Source: an uncultured delta proteobacterium (lineage in GTDB: Bacteria > Desulfobacterota > Zymogenia > Zymogenales > Zymogenaceae). Taken from it: a stretch of DNA of 64,000 bases. Each line of letters begins with the position of its first letter. Positions within the stretch are counted from its first letter, which is position 1. The position numbers and the translations under genes were made by a program. The notes under the pieces are model-generated. The model was not told the DNA's origin. It did no database searches and worked only from the letters and a program-made list of their open reading frames with translations. The stretch covers positions 448,001-512,000 of the forward strand of contig CAVTLK010000004.1 of assembly GCA_963735595.1 (NCBI GenBank). The letters are read 5' to 3'. Below, in pieces: positions 1 to 11,995 of this stretch.

Positions 1-1
1 C

Positions 2-712
2 CTCTTAGTCTTCGTGGTCGTGGGAGTTTCCCTTTACGAGTATTTCACCTTCATCTATCCCCAGAAGGTCAATATCCAGATCATCGCCCACACGGCCCTC
101 GGCCTCCTGTTGCCTATCACCTTCTATTTCGGGTATCCCGAGATGGTCGTCTCGGCCGTGGCCTTTATTTTTATCTTTGCTACCGCCTTTGCCCTTTTCC
201 GCGTTACCGACCCGGCCAGGAAGGCCGAGAATCTCTTTATGCGTCTGTTCGGAATTTTTTATGTGGCCTTTCTCCTCTCCTACCTCATCCTGTTGCGGAA
301 GCTCCCTCACGGAATCGAGTGGGTGGTGCTGGCGCTGGCCATAAACTTCGGCACGGACGCCGGCGGCTATTTCGCCGGAAGGTTTCTCGGCAGGCACCCC
401 CTCTATCCGGTTATCAGCCCAAAAAAGACCGTCGAGGGCGCGATCGGCGGGATTATCCTCTGCCTGGTGCTGTTGGTGATCGCCAAGTACGTCCTGATCA
501 AACAGCTGGGGTGGGCCGACGTCCTGATCCTGGGCTTTATCTCGTCGGTTTTGGCTATCCTCGGCGATATGGCCGAATCGCTGGTCAAGCGCGGCTTTAA
601 GGTAAAGGATGCGGGGGGGCTGTTACCGGGACACGGCGGATTTCTTGACCGGATAGACTCGTTTGTTTTTTCGGTCCCGTTTATTTATTACTACGCGGCG
701 TACTGTTTTTAA
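2..712 (+). CDS. cdsA: phosphatidate cytidylyltransferase (5'-truncated by window edge)
   Basis: Hydrophobic protein with SPKKTVEG and ESLVKRGFKVKDAGGLLPGHGGFLDRIDS signature. Frame is open from position 2 and lies upstream of dxr. Confidence 0.95.
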   Translation, partial: LLVFVVVGVSLYEYFTFIYPQKVNIQIIAHTALGLLLPITFYFGYPEMVVSAVAFIFIFATAFALFRVTDPARKAENLFMRLFGIFYVAFLLSYLILLRKLPHGIEWVVLALAINFGTDAGGYFAGRFLGRHPLYPVISPKKTVEGAIGGIILCLVLLVIAKYVLIKQLGWADVLILGFISSVLAILGDMAESLVKRGFKVKDAGGLLPGHGGFLDRIDSFVFSVPFIYYYAAYCF

Positions 713-715
713 TCC

Positions 716-1867
716 ATGAAAAAGGTTGCCATCCTCGGCTCTACCGGTTCTATCGGGACCCAGGCCGTCGATATCATAGAGCACAACAGGGATCGATTTG
801 CCGTAACGGCCCTTGCCGCCTACGGTAATGTCTCCCTGATCCGGCGGCAGGCAGAACTGCTCAAACCGCGAATCGCAGCTCTGTATGACGAGGGTGCAGC
901 CCGGCAACTCCGGCAGCTGCTCCCACCGGAGATAGCGGTGCTGTCGGGCGAGGCCGGGGTGAGGGCGGCCGCCGCAGAATCGGGCGCCGATATCTGCCTT
1001 ACTGCAATGGTGGGTGCTGCCGGGCTTGGACCGACGATGGCGGCCGTTGAGGCCGGTATCGACATAGCCCTGGCCAATAAAGAGACGCTCGTGTGCGCCG
1101 GACCGCTGGTGACCGAACGGGCGCGGGAAAAAGGGGTGCGGATACTGCCGGTAGACAGCGAACACAGTGCGCTCTTCCAATCGCTGGTTGGGCACGACCC
1201 GGCCCACGTCAAACGGCTCATCATCACGGCGTCCGGCGGACCGTTCTGGAAGCGGCCGATAGAGGAGCTTGGCTCGGTTACTCCCGAAGAGGCGGTGCGC
1301 CACCCCCGGTGGAACATGGGTAAAAAGATCAGCGTTGATTCGGCCACGCTCATGAACAAGGCCCTCGAGGTTATCGAGGCAAGCTGCCTCTTTGACGTGC
1401 CCCAGGAAAGGATCTCCGTCGTTATACACCCGGAGAGCATCGTCCATTCCATTGTCGAATATATCGACGGTTCAATGATAGCACAGCTTTCCACGACCGA
1501 CATGAGGCTCCCCATCGCCTACGCGCTGGCTTACCCCGCGCGAGTAGAGCGCGCAGCCGAGCCGCTGGACCTGGCCGCCGTCGGCCGCCTTTCATTTTTC
1601 GAGGCGGACGAACAGCGGTTCCGGGCCCTGACCCTGGCGCGCAGGGCGCTGAGTGTCGGCGGTACGATGCCCGCGGTGATGTCCGCGGCCAATGAGGAGG
1701 CGGTGGCGCTCTTTCTTGAAAAAAAGATAGGCTTTCTCTCGATCGTGCGGCTGGTGGATAGCGTGATGGGAGGTCACCGGCCAACGATCTGCCCGTCGCT
1801 TGGCGAGATCATTGAGGCCGACCGTTGGGCGCGACATGAAACGAATATAGTTGGAGAAGCACTATGA
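716..1867 (+). CDS. dxr: 1-deoxy-D-xylulose 5-phosphate reductoisomerase
   Basis: ILGSTGSIG, LANKETLV, LPVDSEHSA and HPRWNMGKKISVDSATLMNK motifs. Confidence 0.97.
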   Translation: MKKVAILGSTGSIGTQAVDIIEHNRDRFAVTALAAYGNVSLIRRQAELLKPRIAALYDEGAARQLRQLLPPEIAVLSGEAGVRAAAAESGADICLTAMVGAAGLGPTMAAVEAGIDIALANKETLVCAGPLVTERAREKGVRILPVDSEHSALFQSLVGHDPAHVKRLIITASGGPFWKRPIEELGSVTPEEAVRHPRWNMGKKISVDSATLMNKALEVIEASCLFDVPQERISVVIHPESIVHSIVEYIDGSMIAQLSTTDMRLPIAYALAYPARVERAAEPLDLAAVGRLSFFEADEQRFRALTLARRALSVGGTMPAVMSAANEEAVALFLEKKIGFLSIVRLVDSVMGGHRPTICPSLGEIIEADRWARHETNIVGEAL

Positions 1868-2925
1868 CGGTAGTCTATTTTATTATCCTATTGGGCGTAT
1901 TGATCTTTGTCCACGAGCTGGGCCACTTCATCGCCGCAAAATCGATGGGCGTCAGAGTTGTCACGTTTTCGCTCGGCTTCGGTCCGCGGATTATCGGCAA
2001 GAAGATAGGCGATACCGACTACCGGCTTTCAGCCTTCCCGCTGGGCGGGTACGTGAGGATGACCGGTGACGATCCCTCCCAGACGCCGACTAAAGAGGAG
2101 CAGCCCTACTCGTTTCTGGCCCAGAAGAACTGGAAAAAGATCGCCATCGTGGGGGCGGGTCCGCTGTTCAACCTGGTCTTCGCGATCGTTGCCTTGTGGA
2201 TCGTATTCATGGCAGGGGTGCCGGTTATCGACCCCGTCCTCGGTGAGCTCAAAAAAGGATATCCCGCCGAGGCCGCCGGCCTTAAACCGGCCGACCGGGT
2301 TATCTCTATAAACGGGGCGGCCGTTGACGAGTGGGAGTCGATGGCCACGATTATTACGGAATCGGGAGGCAAACCGCTCGAATTCGTTGTCATGCGGGAC
2401 AATATAGAGACAGCCGTGGAGGTTGTCCCGATATACGAGGAGGGGTTGAGCGATATCATGACCCCCCAGAAGAAGTATATGATCGGGATAACTCCATCGG
2501 GCGATTTTCACCTTGTGAACTACGGAGTGCTGTCGGCCGCAGGGAAAGGCTTTTCCGAGACCGGCCGCCTGATTTATTTGACGTTTCTGGTTATCGGCAA
2601 GATGTTCACAGGAGAGGTCGCCCTCAATAACCTGGGCGGCCCAATCCTGATTGCCAAGGTGGCCGGGGAAGCGGCGCGACTCGGGATCATGCCCTATATC
2701 CACTTCATGGCGCTCATCTCGATCAACCTTGCCGTCCTGAACCTATTGCCGGTGCCGGTTCTCGATGGGGGGCATCTCCTCTTCTTTGCGATCGAGGGGA
2801 TTATCCGAAGGCCCATCAGTCTCAAGGTCAAGGAGATCGCGCTTCAGATCGGGCTGGGGATGCTGGTGCTGCTCATGATCCTGGCGTTCTACTTTGATAT
2901 CGAGCGCCTTGTATTTTCCGGGTGA
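1864..2925 (+). CDS. rseP: RIP metalloprotease RseP (M50, PDZ)
   Basis: HELGH, PLGGYV and NLLPVPVLDGG motifs; cdsA-dxr-rseP synteny. Confidence 0.95.
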   Translation: MTVVYFIILLGVLIFVHELGHFIAAKSMGVRVVTFSLGFGPRIIGKKIGDTDYRLSAFPLGGYVRMTGDDPSQTPTKEEQPYSFLAQKNWKKIAIVGAGPLFNLVFAIVALWIVFMAGVPVIDPVLGELKKGYPAEAAGLKPADRVISINGAAVDEWESMATIITESGGKPLEFVVMRDNIETAVEVVPIYEEGLSDIMTPQKKYMIGITPSGDFHLVNYGVLSAAGKGFSETGRLIYLTFLVIGKMFTGEVALNNLGGPILIAKVAGEAARLGIMPYIHFMALISINLAVLNLLPVPVLDGGHLLFFAIEGIIRRPISLKVKEIALQIGLGMLVLLMILAFYFDIERLVFSG

Positions 2926-2928
2926 CCG

Positions 2929-3651
2929 ATGATTTGCCTGGGGATTGATACGTCGAGCATGGTCGCACGCGTGGCGGTCGCCGGGGAAGGCGGGGTCACG
3001 GCGCGGCTGACTACGGAAACAGGTAAAAACCATTCGGAGACGCTCCTTGGTGCAGTCCGTGACGTTCTTAAAACGGCCGGGATACCCATTGACGGGATCG
3101 AGCTCGTCGCGGTTGGACTGGGGCCGGGGACATGGACGGGCCTGAGAGTGGGGATTACCACGGCCAAGGCAATCGCCTACGCGCTTTCTGCCCCGATTAT
3201 CGGGGTATCGACTCTCGACGCGACGGCCGCGGGCGTTACCTGTTACGCGGGAAGGCTTGCCGTCATCGTTGACGCGCGGCGCCATGAGGTCTGCGGGAGG
3301 CGATATGACGTTGACGGGGGGGGAGGTGTGAGCGCCGAAGGGGACGTCTTTGTCACCCCGCCCGAAAGCCTGGATCGGTTCGTCGGGCCCGAATATGCGC
3401 TTGTGGGAAACGGCGTCGGATTGCTGCCGGAGACGGAGCGAATAAAGAGACCCGTTCTTTCCGATACGTTTGGGGATGTGGACGCTGGGACGATCTGCCG
3501 CCTGGCCATCGAGCGATACCACCGACAGGGCCCGGACAACCCCCGGGACGTTAGGCCGGTCTACGTACGAAAGTCGGACGCCGAGACCGGCCGTGAGAAA
3601 AAGAGGAAAGTGTCGAGAATATCTGTTGACAAGGGATATTTTATTCAATAA
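2929..3651 (+). CDS. tsaB: tRNA threonylcarbamoyladenosine biosynthesis protein TsaB
   Basis: LGIDTS, HSETLL, GPGTWTGLRVG, DARRHEV and PVYVRKSDAE motifs. Confidence 0.92.
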   Translation: MICLGIDTSSMVARVAVAGEGGVTARLTTETGKNHSETLLGAVRDVLKTAGIPIDGIELVAVGLGPGTWTGLRVGITTAKAIAYALSAPIIGVSTLDATAAGVTCYAGRLAVIVDARRHEVCGRRYDVDGGGGVSAEGDVFVTPPESLDRFVGPEYALVGNGVGLLPETERIKRPVLSDTFGDVDAGTICRLAIERYHRQGPDNPRDVRPVYVRKSDAETGREKKRKVSRISVDKGYFIQ

Positions 3652-3654
3652 AAT
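3626..3654 (+). promoter_or_regulatory. sigma-70 promoter inside the tsaB 3' end, upstream of DUF465-ilvB
   Basis: TTGACA-N17-TAAAAT. Confidence 0.7.
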
Positions 3655-3691
3655 CAACAAATTGTATTTTTTAAGAGAAGGGGGGTCGCAC

Positions 3692-3916
3692 GTGGAAGAC
3701 AAAGAAGGACTTCTTAAGAAGAGGCTGATGGAAGAGGACCCTGAATTCAAAAAACTGATGGAAGAGCACGTCGCGTTTGAGGGAATACTGGCGGGATTCA
3801 ACGAGCGCACGCATCTGACGCCGGCCGAAGAGATCGAGCGCAAGAGGATTCAGAAGTTAAAGCTCTCCGGAAAAGATAAAATGGAAGCCATCTTGGCCAA
3901 GAATCGGGAGAAATAG
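3692..3916 (+). CDS. small DUF465/YdcH-like coiled-coil protein (74 aa)
   Basis: GTG start after purine-rich SD; ...[28 protein letters not shown] pattern typical of DUF465. Confidence 0.75.
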   Translation: MEDKEGLLKKRLMEEDPEFKKLMEEHVAFEGILAGFNERTHLTPAEEIERKRIQKLKLSGKDKMEAILAKNREK

Positions 3917-3993
3917 GCGTATACCCGCTGCCGGGGAATTCCGCGGCGGCGGGAGCGGCCCATGTCCGGGATGGAGACCGCCTACCGAAAATA

Positions 3994-5679
3994 ATGACCA
4001 TCGAAGGAACCGACATATTCTTTAAGAGCCTCATCGACGAGGGAGTGGATACCATTTTCGGGTACCCCGGGGGGGCGGTGCTGAACCTCTATCACCGCAT
4101 GCCCGCCTACCCGATCCGGCATATCCTCGTCCGCCACGAGCAGGCGGCGGTGCACGCCGCCGACGGCTATGCCCGGGCCACGGGGAGGGTGGGTGTGGCG
4201 CTGGTGACCTCCGGCCCGGGGGCCACCAACACCGTCACGGGGATTGCGACCGCGCATATGGACTCCATTCCCGTGGTCGTCTTTAGCGGGCAGGTACCCA
4301 CCATGCTCATCGGCAACGATGCCTTTCAGGAGGCCGACATCGTGGGGATTACCCGTCCCTGCACGAAGCACAATTTCCTGGTCACAAAGACCGCCGACCT
4401 CGAGGAGGTGGTCAAGGAAGCGTTTCACATCGCCTCGACGGGACGGCCCGGCCCTGTCCTTGTTGATCTGCCCCGGGACGTGGTGGCGGGCCGCGCGAAA
4501 TATCAGCGTATCTCGGCCGTTTCTCTCAGGAGCTACCGGGTTACAACCGAGGCCGACGACGACGGCATCCAGAAGGCCTTTTCCGCCATGACGGCCTCCC
4601 GGCAACCGGTCCTTTATGTCGGCGGCGGGGTAATCAGCTCCTCGGCCTCGGAAGAGCTGATACGGCTGGCCGAGCGGCTCTCGATCCCGGTGACCTCGTC
4701 CCTCATGGGGCTGGGGGGATTCCCGGGATCTCATCCCCTGTTTCTGGGGATGCTCGGGATGCACGGGACGTACCGGGCCAATATGGCCGTCACGAACTCC
4801 GACCTCCTGATCGCAGTGGGCTCGCGGTTTGACGACCGCGTCACCGGAAAGGTCGACGAATTCGCGCCGCAGGCAAAGATCATCCATATCGATATCGACC
4901 CGTCGTCGATCAGCAAGAACATCATCGTGGATATTCCGATCGTCTCCGACGTCAAATACGCACTGGGCAGGCTCCTTTCCCTGTTCGAGACCGACGCCAC
5001 CGACTGGGCAGAACAACGGCGCGACTGGCTTGGCCAGATCGAGGAGTGGGGCACAACGCACCCGCTCAGCTACAATAGCAACGGCGGCGAAATCAAGCCG
5101 CAGTACGTGGTTGAATCGATTTATCGGGTGACGAAGGGGGATGTTATCATCTCGACAGAAGTGGGTCAAAACCAGATGTGGACCGCGCAGTTCTTTACGT
5201 TTGACCGGCCGCGGACGCTCTTGACTTCCGGCGGGCTGGGCACCATGGGCTACGGGTTTCCCGCGGCTATTGGCGCACAGGCGGCCTTCCCGGATAAGCT
5301 CGTCTTCGACATCGCCGGCGACGGAAGCATCCAGATGAATATACAGGAGCTGGCAACGGCCGTCCAACACGACCTTCCGGTGAAGATCGCCGTCCTCAAC
5401 AACGGATTTCTCGGAATGGTCAGGCAATGGCAGGAGCTCTTTTATGACCAGCACTACTCCCATACCGAGATGGAATTCTCGCCGGATTTTGTGAAGCTGG
5501 CCGAGGCATATAAGGCCGTCGGGATGAGAGTCGAAAAACCGGCCGACGTGGTGCCGGCTATCGAGGAGGCAGTCCGCGTGAGGAAGCCGGTAATCATGGA
5601 TTTTGTGGTGAGCCGGGAGGAAAACGTCTATCCGATGGTGCCGGTCGGCTCTCCTCTCGACAAGATGCTGCTGGTGTGA
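3994..5679 (+). CDS. ilvB: acetolactate synthase large subunit
   Basis: [30 protein letters not shown] and TPP motif [12 protein letters not shown]...NN. Confidence 0.96.
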   Translation: MTIEGTDIFFKSLIDEGVDTIFGYPGGAVLNLYHRMPAYPIRHILVRHEQAAVHAADGYARATGRVGVALVTSGPGATNTVTGIATAHMDSIPVVVFSGQVPTMLIGNDAFQEADIVGITRPCTKHNFLVTKTADLEEVVKEAFHIASTGRPGPVLVDLPRDVVAGRAKYQRISAVSLRSYRVTTEADDDGIQKAFSAMTASRQPVLYVGGGVISSSASEELIRLAERLSIPVTSSLMGLGGFPGSHPLFLGMLGMHGTYRANMAVTNSDLLIAVGSRFDDRVTGKVDEFAPQAKIIHIDIDPSSISKNIIVDIPIVSDVKYALGRLLSLFETDATDWAEQRRDWLGQIEEWGTTHPLSYNSNGGEIKPQYVVESIYRVTKGDVIISTEVGQNQMWTAQFFTFDRPRTLLTSGGLGTMGYGFPAAIGAQAAFPDKLVFDIAGDGSIQMNIQELATAVQHDLPVKIAVLNNGFLGMVRQWQELFYDQHYSHTEMEFSPDFVKLAEAYKAVGMRVEKPADVVPAIEEAVRVRKPVIMDFVVSREENVYPMVPVGSPLDKMLLV

Positions 5680-5836
5680 GATAATTCGGCACGTTTGTGA
5701 TATGCCCCGCTTACGTGAGGGAACGTTCCTTTCACCGGGAGCGTAGAGACCCGCGTGGCGGGCGCCTCTCGGGGCGCCGATGCGAAATAGGACTCGGACA
5801 AGCCGTCCGTACCGATATCCACCCGATACCGTTTGA

Positions 5837-6859
<1,023 letters not shown>

Positions 6860-6860
6860 C

Positions 6861-7505
6861 ATGAAAAACAAGAAGAGTATCGTCGCGGTTGAGGGCCTGC
6901 CCTTTATCATTCCCATGCTGGTAATTACTATCGTCAGCGCCGTCCTGCTTCCGGTATGGGTTACGGCCATCTGTGCCGCCATCCTGCTGTTCGTGACGGC
7001 CTTCTTCAGGAATCCGCAAAGGAAGATCCCCTCCGACCCCAAGGCGGTCGTCTCTCCCGCCGACGGCAAGGTCATTGAGATCAAGCCGATGGATGAGCCC
7101 GGTTTTCTCAAAGGGCGGTGTATCCGCGTGTGCGTCTTCATGAACGTATTCAACGTGCATGTAAACCGTGTCCCGCTGGGAGGGACCGTGCGTAAGGTTC
7201 AATACTTTCCCGGAAAATTCCTCGTAGCAAGCCTCGACAAGGCCTCGGAGCTCAACGAGCGAAACGCGGTCCTCATCGAGGGCGCCGGAGGCGTTAAAAT
7301 CCTTGTCATACAGATTGCGGGCCTGGTTGCACGCCGCATCGTCAGCTACGTTGCGGCGGGCGATTCGGTCAATAAAGGCGATCGATTCGGGCTGATTCGT
7401 TTCGGCTCGCGCCTCGATCTTTATCTTCCCGAAAATACCGATATCAGGGTTCAGTTAGGCCAAAAGGTCAGAGGCGGAGAGACGATAATGGGGGTGCTGC
7501 CATGA
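6861..7505 (+). CDS. psd: phosphatidylserine decarboxylase (short PSD-A type)
   Basis: FFRNP, SPADG, FMNVFNVHVNR and RFGSRLD motifs. Confidence 0.93.
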   Translation: MKNKKSIVAVEGLPFIIPMLVITIVSAVLLPVWVTAICAAILLFVTAFFRNPQRKIPSDPKAVVSPADGKVIEIKPMDEPGFLKGRCIRVCVFMNVFNVHVNRVPLGGTVRKVQYFPGKFLVASLDKASELNERNAVLIEGAGGVKILVIQIAGLVARRIVSYVAAGDSVNKGDRFGLIRFGSRLDLYLPENTDIRVQLGQKVRGGETIMGVLP

Positions 7506-8392
7506 GAGAGAAGAAGATTCGGGATGGAAGAATAGGCATCTCGCGGATCAAGAGAGAGGACCTCAAGAAGGGGATCTACATCCTCCCCAATCTCCTGACA
7601 ACCGGCGCTTTGTTCATGGGCTTCTTTTCCATTGTCGCGTCTGCCACAGGCAGGATCGATCATGCGGTAGGGGCGATATTCCTGGCCGCGGTCTTTGACG
7701 GCCTTGATGGAAGGGTGGCACGGCTCACCCATACCGTGAGCGCCTTTGGTGTTGAGTATGATTCGATCTCGGATGCGATCTCGTTCGGCGTTGCCCCGGC
7801 GGTGTTGCTCTACCAGTGGGCGCTTGCCCCCTTTGCCCGGTTCGGCTTTCTGGGCGCCGCCCTCTTTGCCATCTGCGCCGCACTGAGGCTCGCCCGGTTT
7901 AACGTACAGATCAACACCGTCGAGAAACGCGTCTTCAACGGGCTTCCGTCTCCCGGCGCGGCGCTGATGCTGGCGGCTACCGTCCTTTTCTTCGAGGATC
8001 AGGCACTCTCGGTGGAGGTCTGGGGCCCGTTCCTTCTGGTGATGGTATACTGTACCGGGCTATTGATGGTCTCCAACGTAAAGTACTCGAGCTTCAAGGA
8101 ACTGGACGTCCTCAGGAAAAAACCGTTCCATACCCTGGTCCTTACGATCCTGATCCTGATACTGATTGCCACCCGGCCGGAGATGATGATATTTTCCCTG
8201 ATCTCACTGTACGTCCTATCGGGCCCCCTGTATCTCCTCTATTGGGCGATCTTTAGGCCCAAGGCGGTCGAGGCGAGCGAGGGAAAGGACCCCGGGCCGA
8301 ACTCGATAGGCCCTGCCGTCCGTCTTCAACCACTCTCGGCATCAATTACGTCGCCCGAAAGGCGGCCCGCGATGACGGGACCGGCCGGTTGA
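7502..8392 (+). CDS. pssA: CDP-diacylglycerol--serine O-phosphatidyltransferase
   Basis: LPNLLT and DGLDGRVAR...FGVEYDSISDAISFGVAP CDP-alcohol phosphatidyltransferase motif. Confidence 0.93.
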   Translation: MREKKIRDGRIGISRIKREDLKKGIYILPNLLTTGALFMGFFSIVASATGRIDHAVGAIFLAAVFDGLDGRVARLTHTVSAFGVEYDSISDAISFGVAPAVLLYQWALAPFARFGFLGAALFAICAALRLARFNVQINTVEKRVFNGLPSPGAALMLAATVLFFEDQALSVEVWGPFLLVMVYCTGLLMVSNVKYSSFKELDVLRKKPFHTLVLTILILILIATRPEMMIFSLISLYVLSGPLYLLYWAIFRPKAVEASEGKDPGPNSIGPAVRLQPLSASITSPERRPAMTGPAG

Positions 8393-8437
8393 ACGGCGGC
8401 GGTACTATATATAATTTTCTAACGCGTGATATAACAG

Positions 8438-9977
8438 ATGAATAATACGGTTATTATATTCGACACAACGCTCAGGGACGGCGAGCAATCGCCCGGCGCC
8501 AGCATGAACATCGAGGAAAAGGTCACCGTAGCCAGGCAGCTCGAGCGGCTGGGTGTTGACGTGATAGAGGCGGGATTTCCCGTAGCCAGTCCCGGCGATT
8601 TCGAAGCCGTCAAAAAGATAGCACAGACACTTGACCGTGCGATTGTGGCGGCTTTAGCCAGGGCAAAGATCAAGGATATCGACGTGGCCTATGACGCAAT
8701 CAAGAACGCCAAGCGCCCGCGGATCCATACGTTCCTGTCAACTTCCGATATCCATCTCGAGTACCAGCTCAAAAAGACGAGGGACGAGGCTCTCAAGATC
8801 GCATCGGCCTGCGTTAAACGTGCGAAATCATTGTGCCCGGACGTTGAGTTTTCGGCGATGGACGCCACCCGCAGCGACCCCGCGTACCTTGCCGACGTTA
8901 TATCGGCCGCCATCGACGCCGGGGCGACTACCGTCAACATCCCTGATACGGTGGGCTACACCGTTCCCGATGAATACGGGCATATCATCGGCTACCTAAT
9001 GGAGCACGTATCGGGAATTGAGAACGTCGTCGTTGCGGTCCACTGCCACAACGACCTGGGTCTGGCCGTGGCGAACTCTCTGGCGGCGGTGCGCGCCGGC
9101 GCCCGCCAGGTCGAGTGCACCATCAACGGCATCGGCGAGAGGGCGGGCAACACGTCCCTCGAAGAATTCGTCATGGCGCTGGTGGTCCGCAACGACCGGA
9201 TCGGGCTTTCAACCAATATCGTCACGGAGCTGATTTACCCCACCAGCCGGATGGTCTCGGCGATCACCGGCATCGTGGTGCAGCCGAATAAGGCGATCGT
9301 CGGCGCTAACGCCTTTTCCCACGAATCGGGCATACATCAGGACGGGCTCCTGAAGCAGAAGACCACCTACGAAATCATCACGCCCGAAAGCATCGGCTAC
9401 ACGCAGACAAATCTCGTCCTTGGGAAACACTCGGGCAGGCATGCATTCTCCGAGCGCGTCACGAGAATGGGCTTTGATCTTTCGGACAACCAGGTCGAAC
9501 TTGCCTTTAAGGCCTTTAAGAGACTTGCGGATAAAAAAAAAGGACGTCTTCGACGAGGATATCGCTGCCGTCATCGCCGAGGAGATCCTGAGGATACCCG
9601 ACCGATACCGGCTCATCTCGCTGACGGTAAGCTCGGGCACCGAGGCAATGCCGACCGCTACCGTGATCCTTTCCATTGACGGCAATAAGGTCAAGGACGC
9701 CGGATTCGGCGACGGCCCGGTGGACGCGGTCTACCGCACTATCGCCAAGATGGTCAAGACACGGTGCAAACTCGCCAGCTATGAGGTCAAGTCCATCACC
9801 GGCGGCACGGACGCCCTGGGGGAGGTGACGGTTCGGCTCGAAGACGGATCGGACCGCTCCATAGGGGCCGGATCGCACACCGACATCCTGGTGGCCTCGG
9901 CGATGGCCTTTATCAATGCCCTCAACAAGCTCGAAGCGGTCAAGAAAAAAGACCTGAGGACTTCCCAGACGGTCTGA
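8438..9977 (+). CDS. leuA: 2-isopropylmalate synthase, split by a +1 frameshift at the A9 run 9533-9541
   Basis: [22 protein letters not shown] and LGKHSGRHA motifs in frame 8438. The regulatory domain (KKKDVFDED...GDGPVDA...TDILVASA) continues in the 9420..9977 frame. Confidence 0.93.
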
Positions 9978-10108
9978 TCGGTCGCGGCTGCTTTTCGCGG
10001 ACACGGGAGGCGGACGGCTACTGAATCAGCCGTTATTTAGCGACCAGCCATATAACGGGAACGGTGCCCGGTCCCGGTGGATAGTGTATACCTACAGGTA
10101 GAAAGACC

Positions 10109-11374
10109 ATGGCGATGACGATAACCGAAAAGATCCTGGCGGCCCACGCCGGCAGGGAGTCCGTCTGCCCCGGCGATCTGGTAATGGCGCGGGTTGACCT
10201 TTGCCTCGGAAACGATATTACCGCGCCCCTGGCCATTGACGTCTTTGAGGAGGCGGGGGCCGACGGTGTCTTTGACGCCGATAAGGTGGTCCTCGTATGT
10301 GACCACTTTACCCCCAACAAGGATATCAAGAGCGCCAACCAGTGCCGGCGCGTCAGGGAGTTCGGCAAGACCTTCGGCCTCGCGCACGTCTATGACGGGG
10401 GATGTTCCGGGGTCGAGCACGCGCTTCTCCCGGAGCTGGGCCTCGTGGCGCCGGGCGAGCTCATCATCGGGGCGGATTCCCATACGTGTACCTATGGCGG
10501 GCTTTCGGCGTTTGCCACCGGTGTCGGGAGTACTGATCTTGCCGCCGTGATGATGACCGGCGAGGTGTGGCTTCGCGTCCCCGAGTCGATGAAATTCGTG
10601 CTTACCGGCACGCCGGGTAAATGGGTGACCGGCAAGGACTATATCCTCGCGATTATCGGCGATATCGGAGTAGACGGGGCGCTCTACCGGGCGATGGAAT
10701 TTACGGGGGATGCGGCCGGGCGCCTGCCGGTCGAAGAAAGGCTGACCGTGGCCAACATGGTCATCGAGGCGGGGGGCAAAAACGGGATATTTGCCGCCGA
10801 CGACAAGACAACCGAGTACCTCGCCGGGAAGACGACACGGTCGTTCACTCGTGCCGTAAGCGACCCGGGCGCCGAGTATGCCGAGGTCCGGGAGTATGAC
10901 GTATCCAAGCTGCAGCTCCAGGTGGCGCTTCCCCATCTCCCGTCAAACGCCGTCCCGGTAGGCGACGCGCCGGATTTGCCGATCGACCAGGTCATCATCG
11001 GCTCCTGCACGAACGGCAGGATCAGTGACCTGAGGATGGCGGCAGAGGTCCTTGCGGGCAGGAAGGTCCACGCGGACGTGCGGCTCATTGTCATCCCGGC
11101 GACGCCGGCGGTCTGGCGGCAGGCGATGGACGAAGGGCTCTTTACGATCTTTTTGGATGCCGGCGCCCTGATCGGCCCCCCGACGTGCGGGCCGTGCCTC
11201 GGCGGCCACATGGGGATACTTGGAAAGGGGGAGCGCGCCGTGGCGACGACCAACAGGAATTTCCAGGGCCGCATGGGCGACCCCGGCAGCGAGGTCATCC
11301 TGGCGGGCCCGGCGGTAGCGGCGGCATCGGCTGTCGTGGGGAAGGTCGCGGGGCCGGATAAGCTGGGTATGTGA
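10109..11374 (+). CDS. leuC: 3-isopropylmalate dehydratase large subunit
   Basis: GADSHTCTYG, IGSCTNGR, CGPCLGGHMG and TTNRNFQGRMG motifs. Confidence 0.95.
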   Translation: MAMTITEKILAAHAGRESVCPGDLVMARVDLCLGNDITAPLAIDVFEEAGADGVFDADKVVLVCDHFTPNKDIKSANQCRRVREFGKTFGLAHVYDGGCSGVEHALLPELGLVAPGELIIGADSHTCTYGGLSAFATGVGSTDLAAVMMTGEVWLRVPESMKFVLTGTPGKWVTGKDYILAIIGDIGVDGALYRAMEFTGDAAGRLPVEERLTVANMVIEAGGKNGIFAADDKTTEYLAGKTTRSFTRAVSDPGAEYAEVREYDVSKLQLQVALPHLPSNAVPVGDAPDLPIDQVIIGSCTNGRISDLRMAAEVLAGRKVHADVRLIVIPATPAVWRQAMDEGLFTIFLDAGALIGPPTCGPCLGGHMGILGKGERAVATTNRNFQGRMGDPGSEVILAGPAVAAASAVVGKVAGPDKLGM

Positions 11375-11493
11375 TGAACATGCGGCAGCACTCACTGTCT
11401 TCAATACCGCAGCGCCGGAATAGCCGTCCAACCGAGTATCGAGTGGCTGGGCTGCCGCCGGTCGCATCGGAAATAACGAGGTAAGGCCACGTC

Positions 11494-11991
11494 ATGAAAT
11501 ATACCGGGACCGTTTACAAACTCGGAGATGACGTCGATACCGATGCCATCATCCCCGCGCGCTTCCTCAACACTACCGACCCCGAGGAGCTGGGCGGCCA
11601 CGCCTTTGAGGATGCGGCCCCCGATTTCCGATCCGCACTCAGGGGAGGCGGAATCGTGGTGGCGGGTAGAAACTTCGGCTGCGGCTCCTCCCGGGAGCAC
11701 GCGCCGGTTGCGATGAAGACTGCCGGCGCCCGGATCATCATCGCCGAGAGCTTCGCCCGCATATTCTACCGGAATGCCTTCAATACGGGCCTTGCCATCC
11801 TCGAATCGGCCGACGCCGCCCGTGAGATCCGCCCCGGAGATTCCGTCGAAGTAGACGACCGGGCGGGCATCATAACAAACCTTACCACCGGGAAGACCTA
11901 CCGGGCAAAGCCGATCCCCCCGTTCATGGCAGAGCTGCTTTCGGACGGGGGTCTGATCGCGCACCTGAAAAAGAACAAAAAGAAACGGTAA
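11494..11991 (+). CDS. leuD: 3-isopropylmalate dehydratase small subunit
   Basis: [21 protein letters not shown] and SFARIFYRN motifs. Confidence 0.95.
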   Translation: MKYTGTVYKLGDDVDTDAIIPARFLNTTDPEELGGHAFEDAAPDFRSALRGGGIVVAGRNFGCGSSREHAPVAMKTAGARIIIAESFARIFYRNAFNTGLAILESADAAREIRPGDSVEVDDRAGIITNLTTGKTYRAKPIPPFMAELLSDGGLIAHLKKNKKKR

Positions 11992-11995
11992 TCCC

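Noticed and set aside
3982..5463. 493-aa antisense ORF over ilvB, and similar long shadows over the radical SAM gene, rng, groEL, addA/B and asnS
   Set aside because: Codon-bias shadows of well-identified genes in GC-rich DNA, with no motifs of their own.
6861..8392. Phospholipid genes psd-pssA embedded in the ilv-leu operon
   Set aside because: As far as I recall this is a common arrangement in deltaproteobacteria, so it is not unusual.
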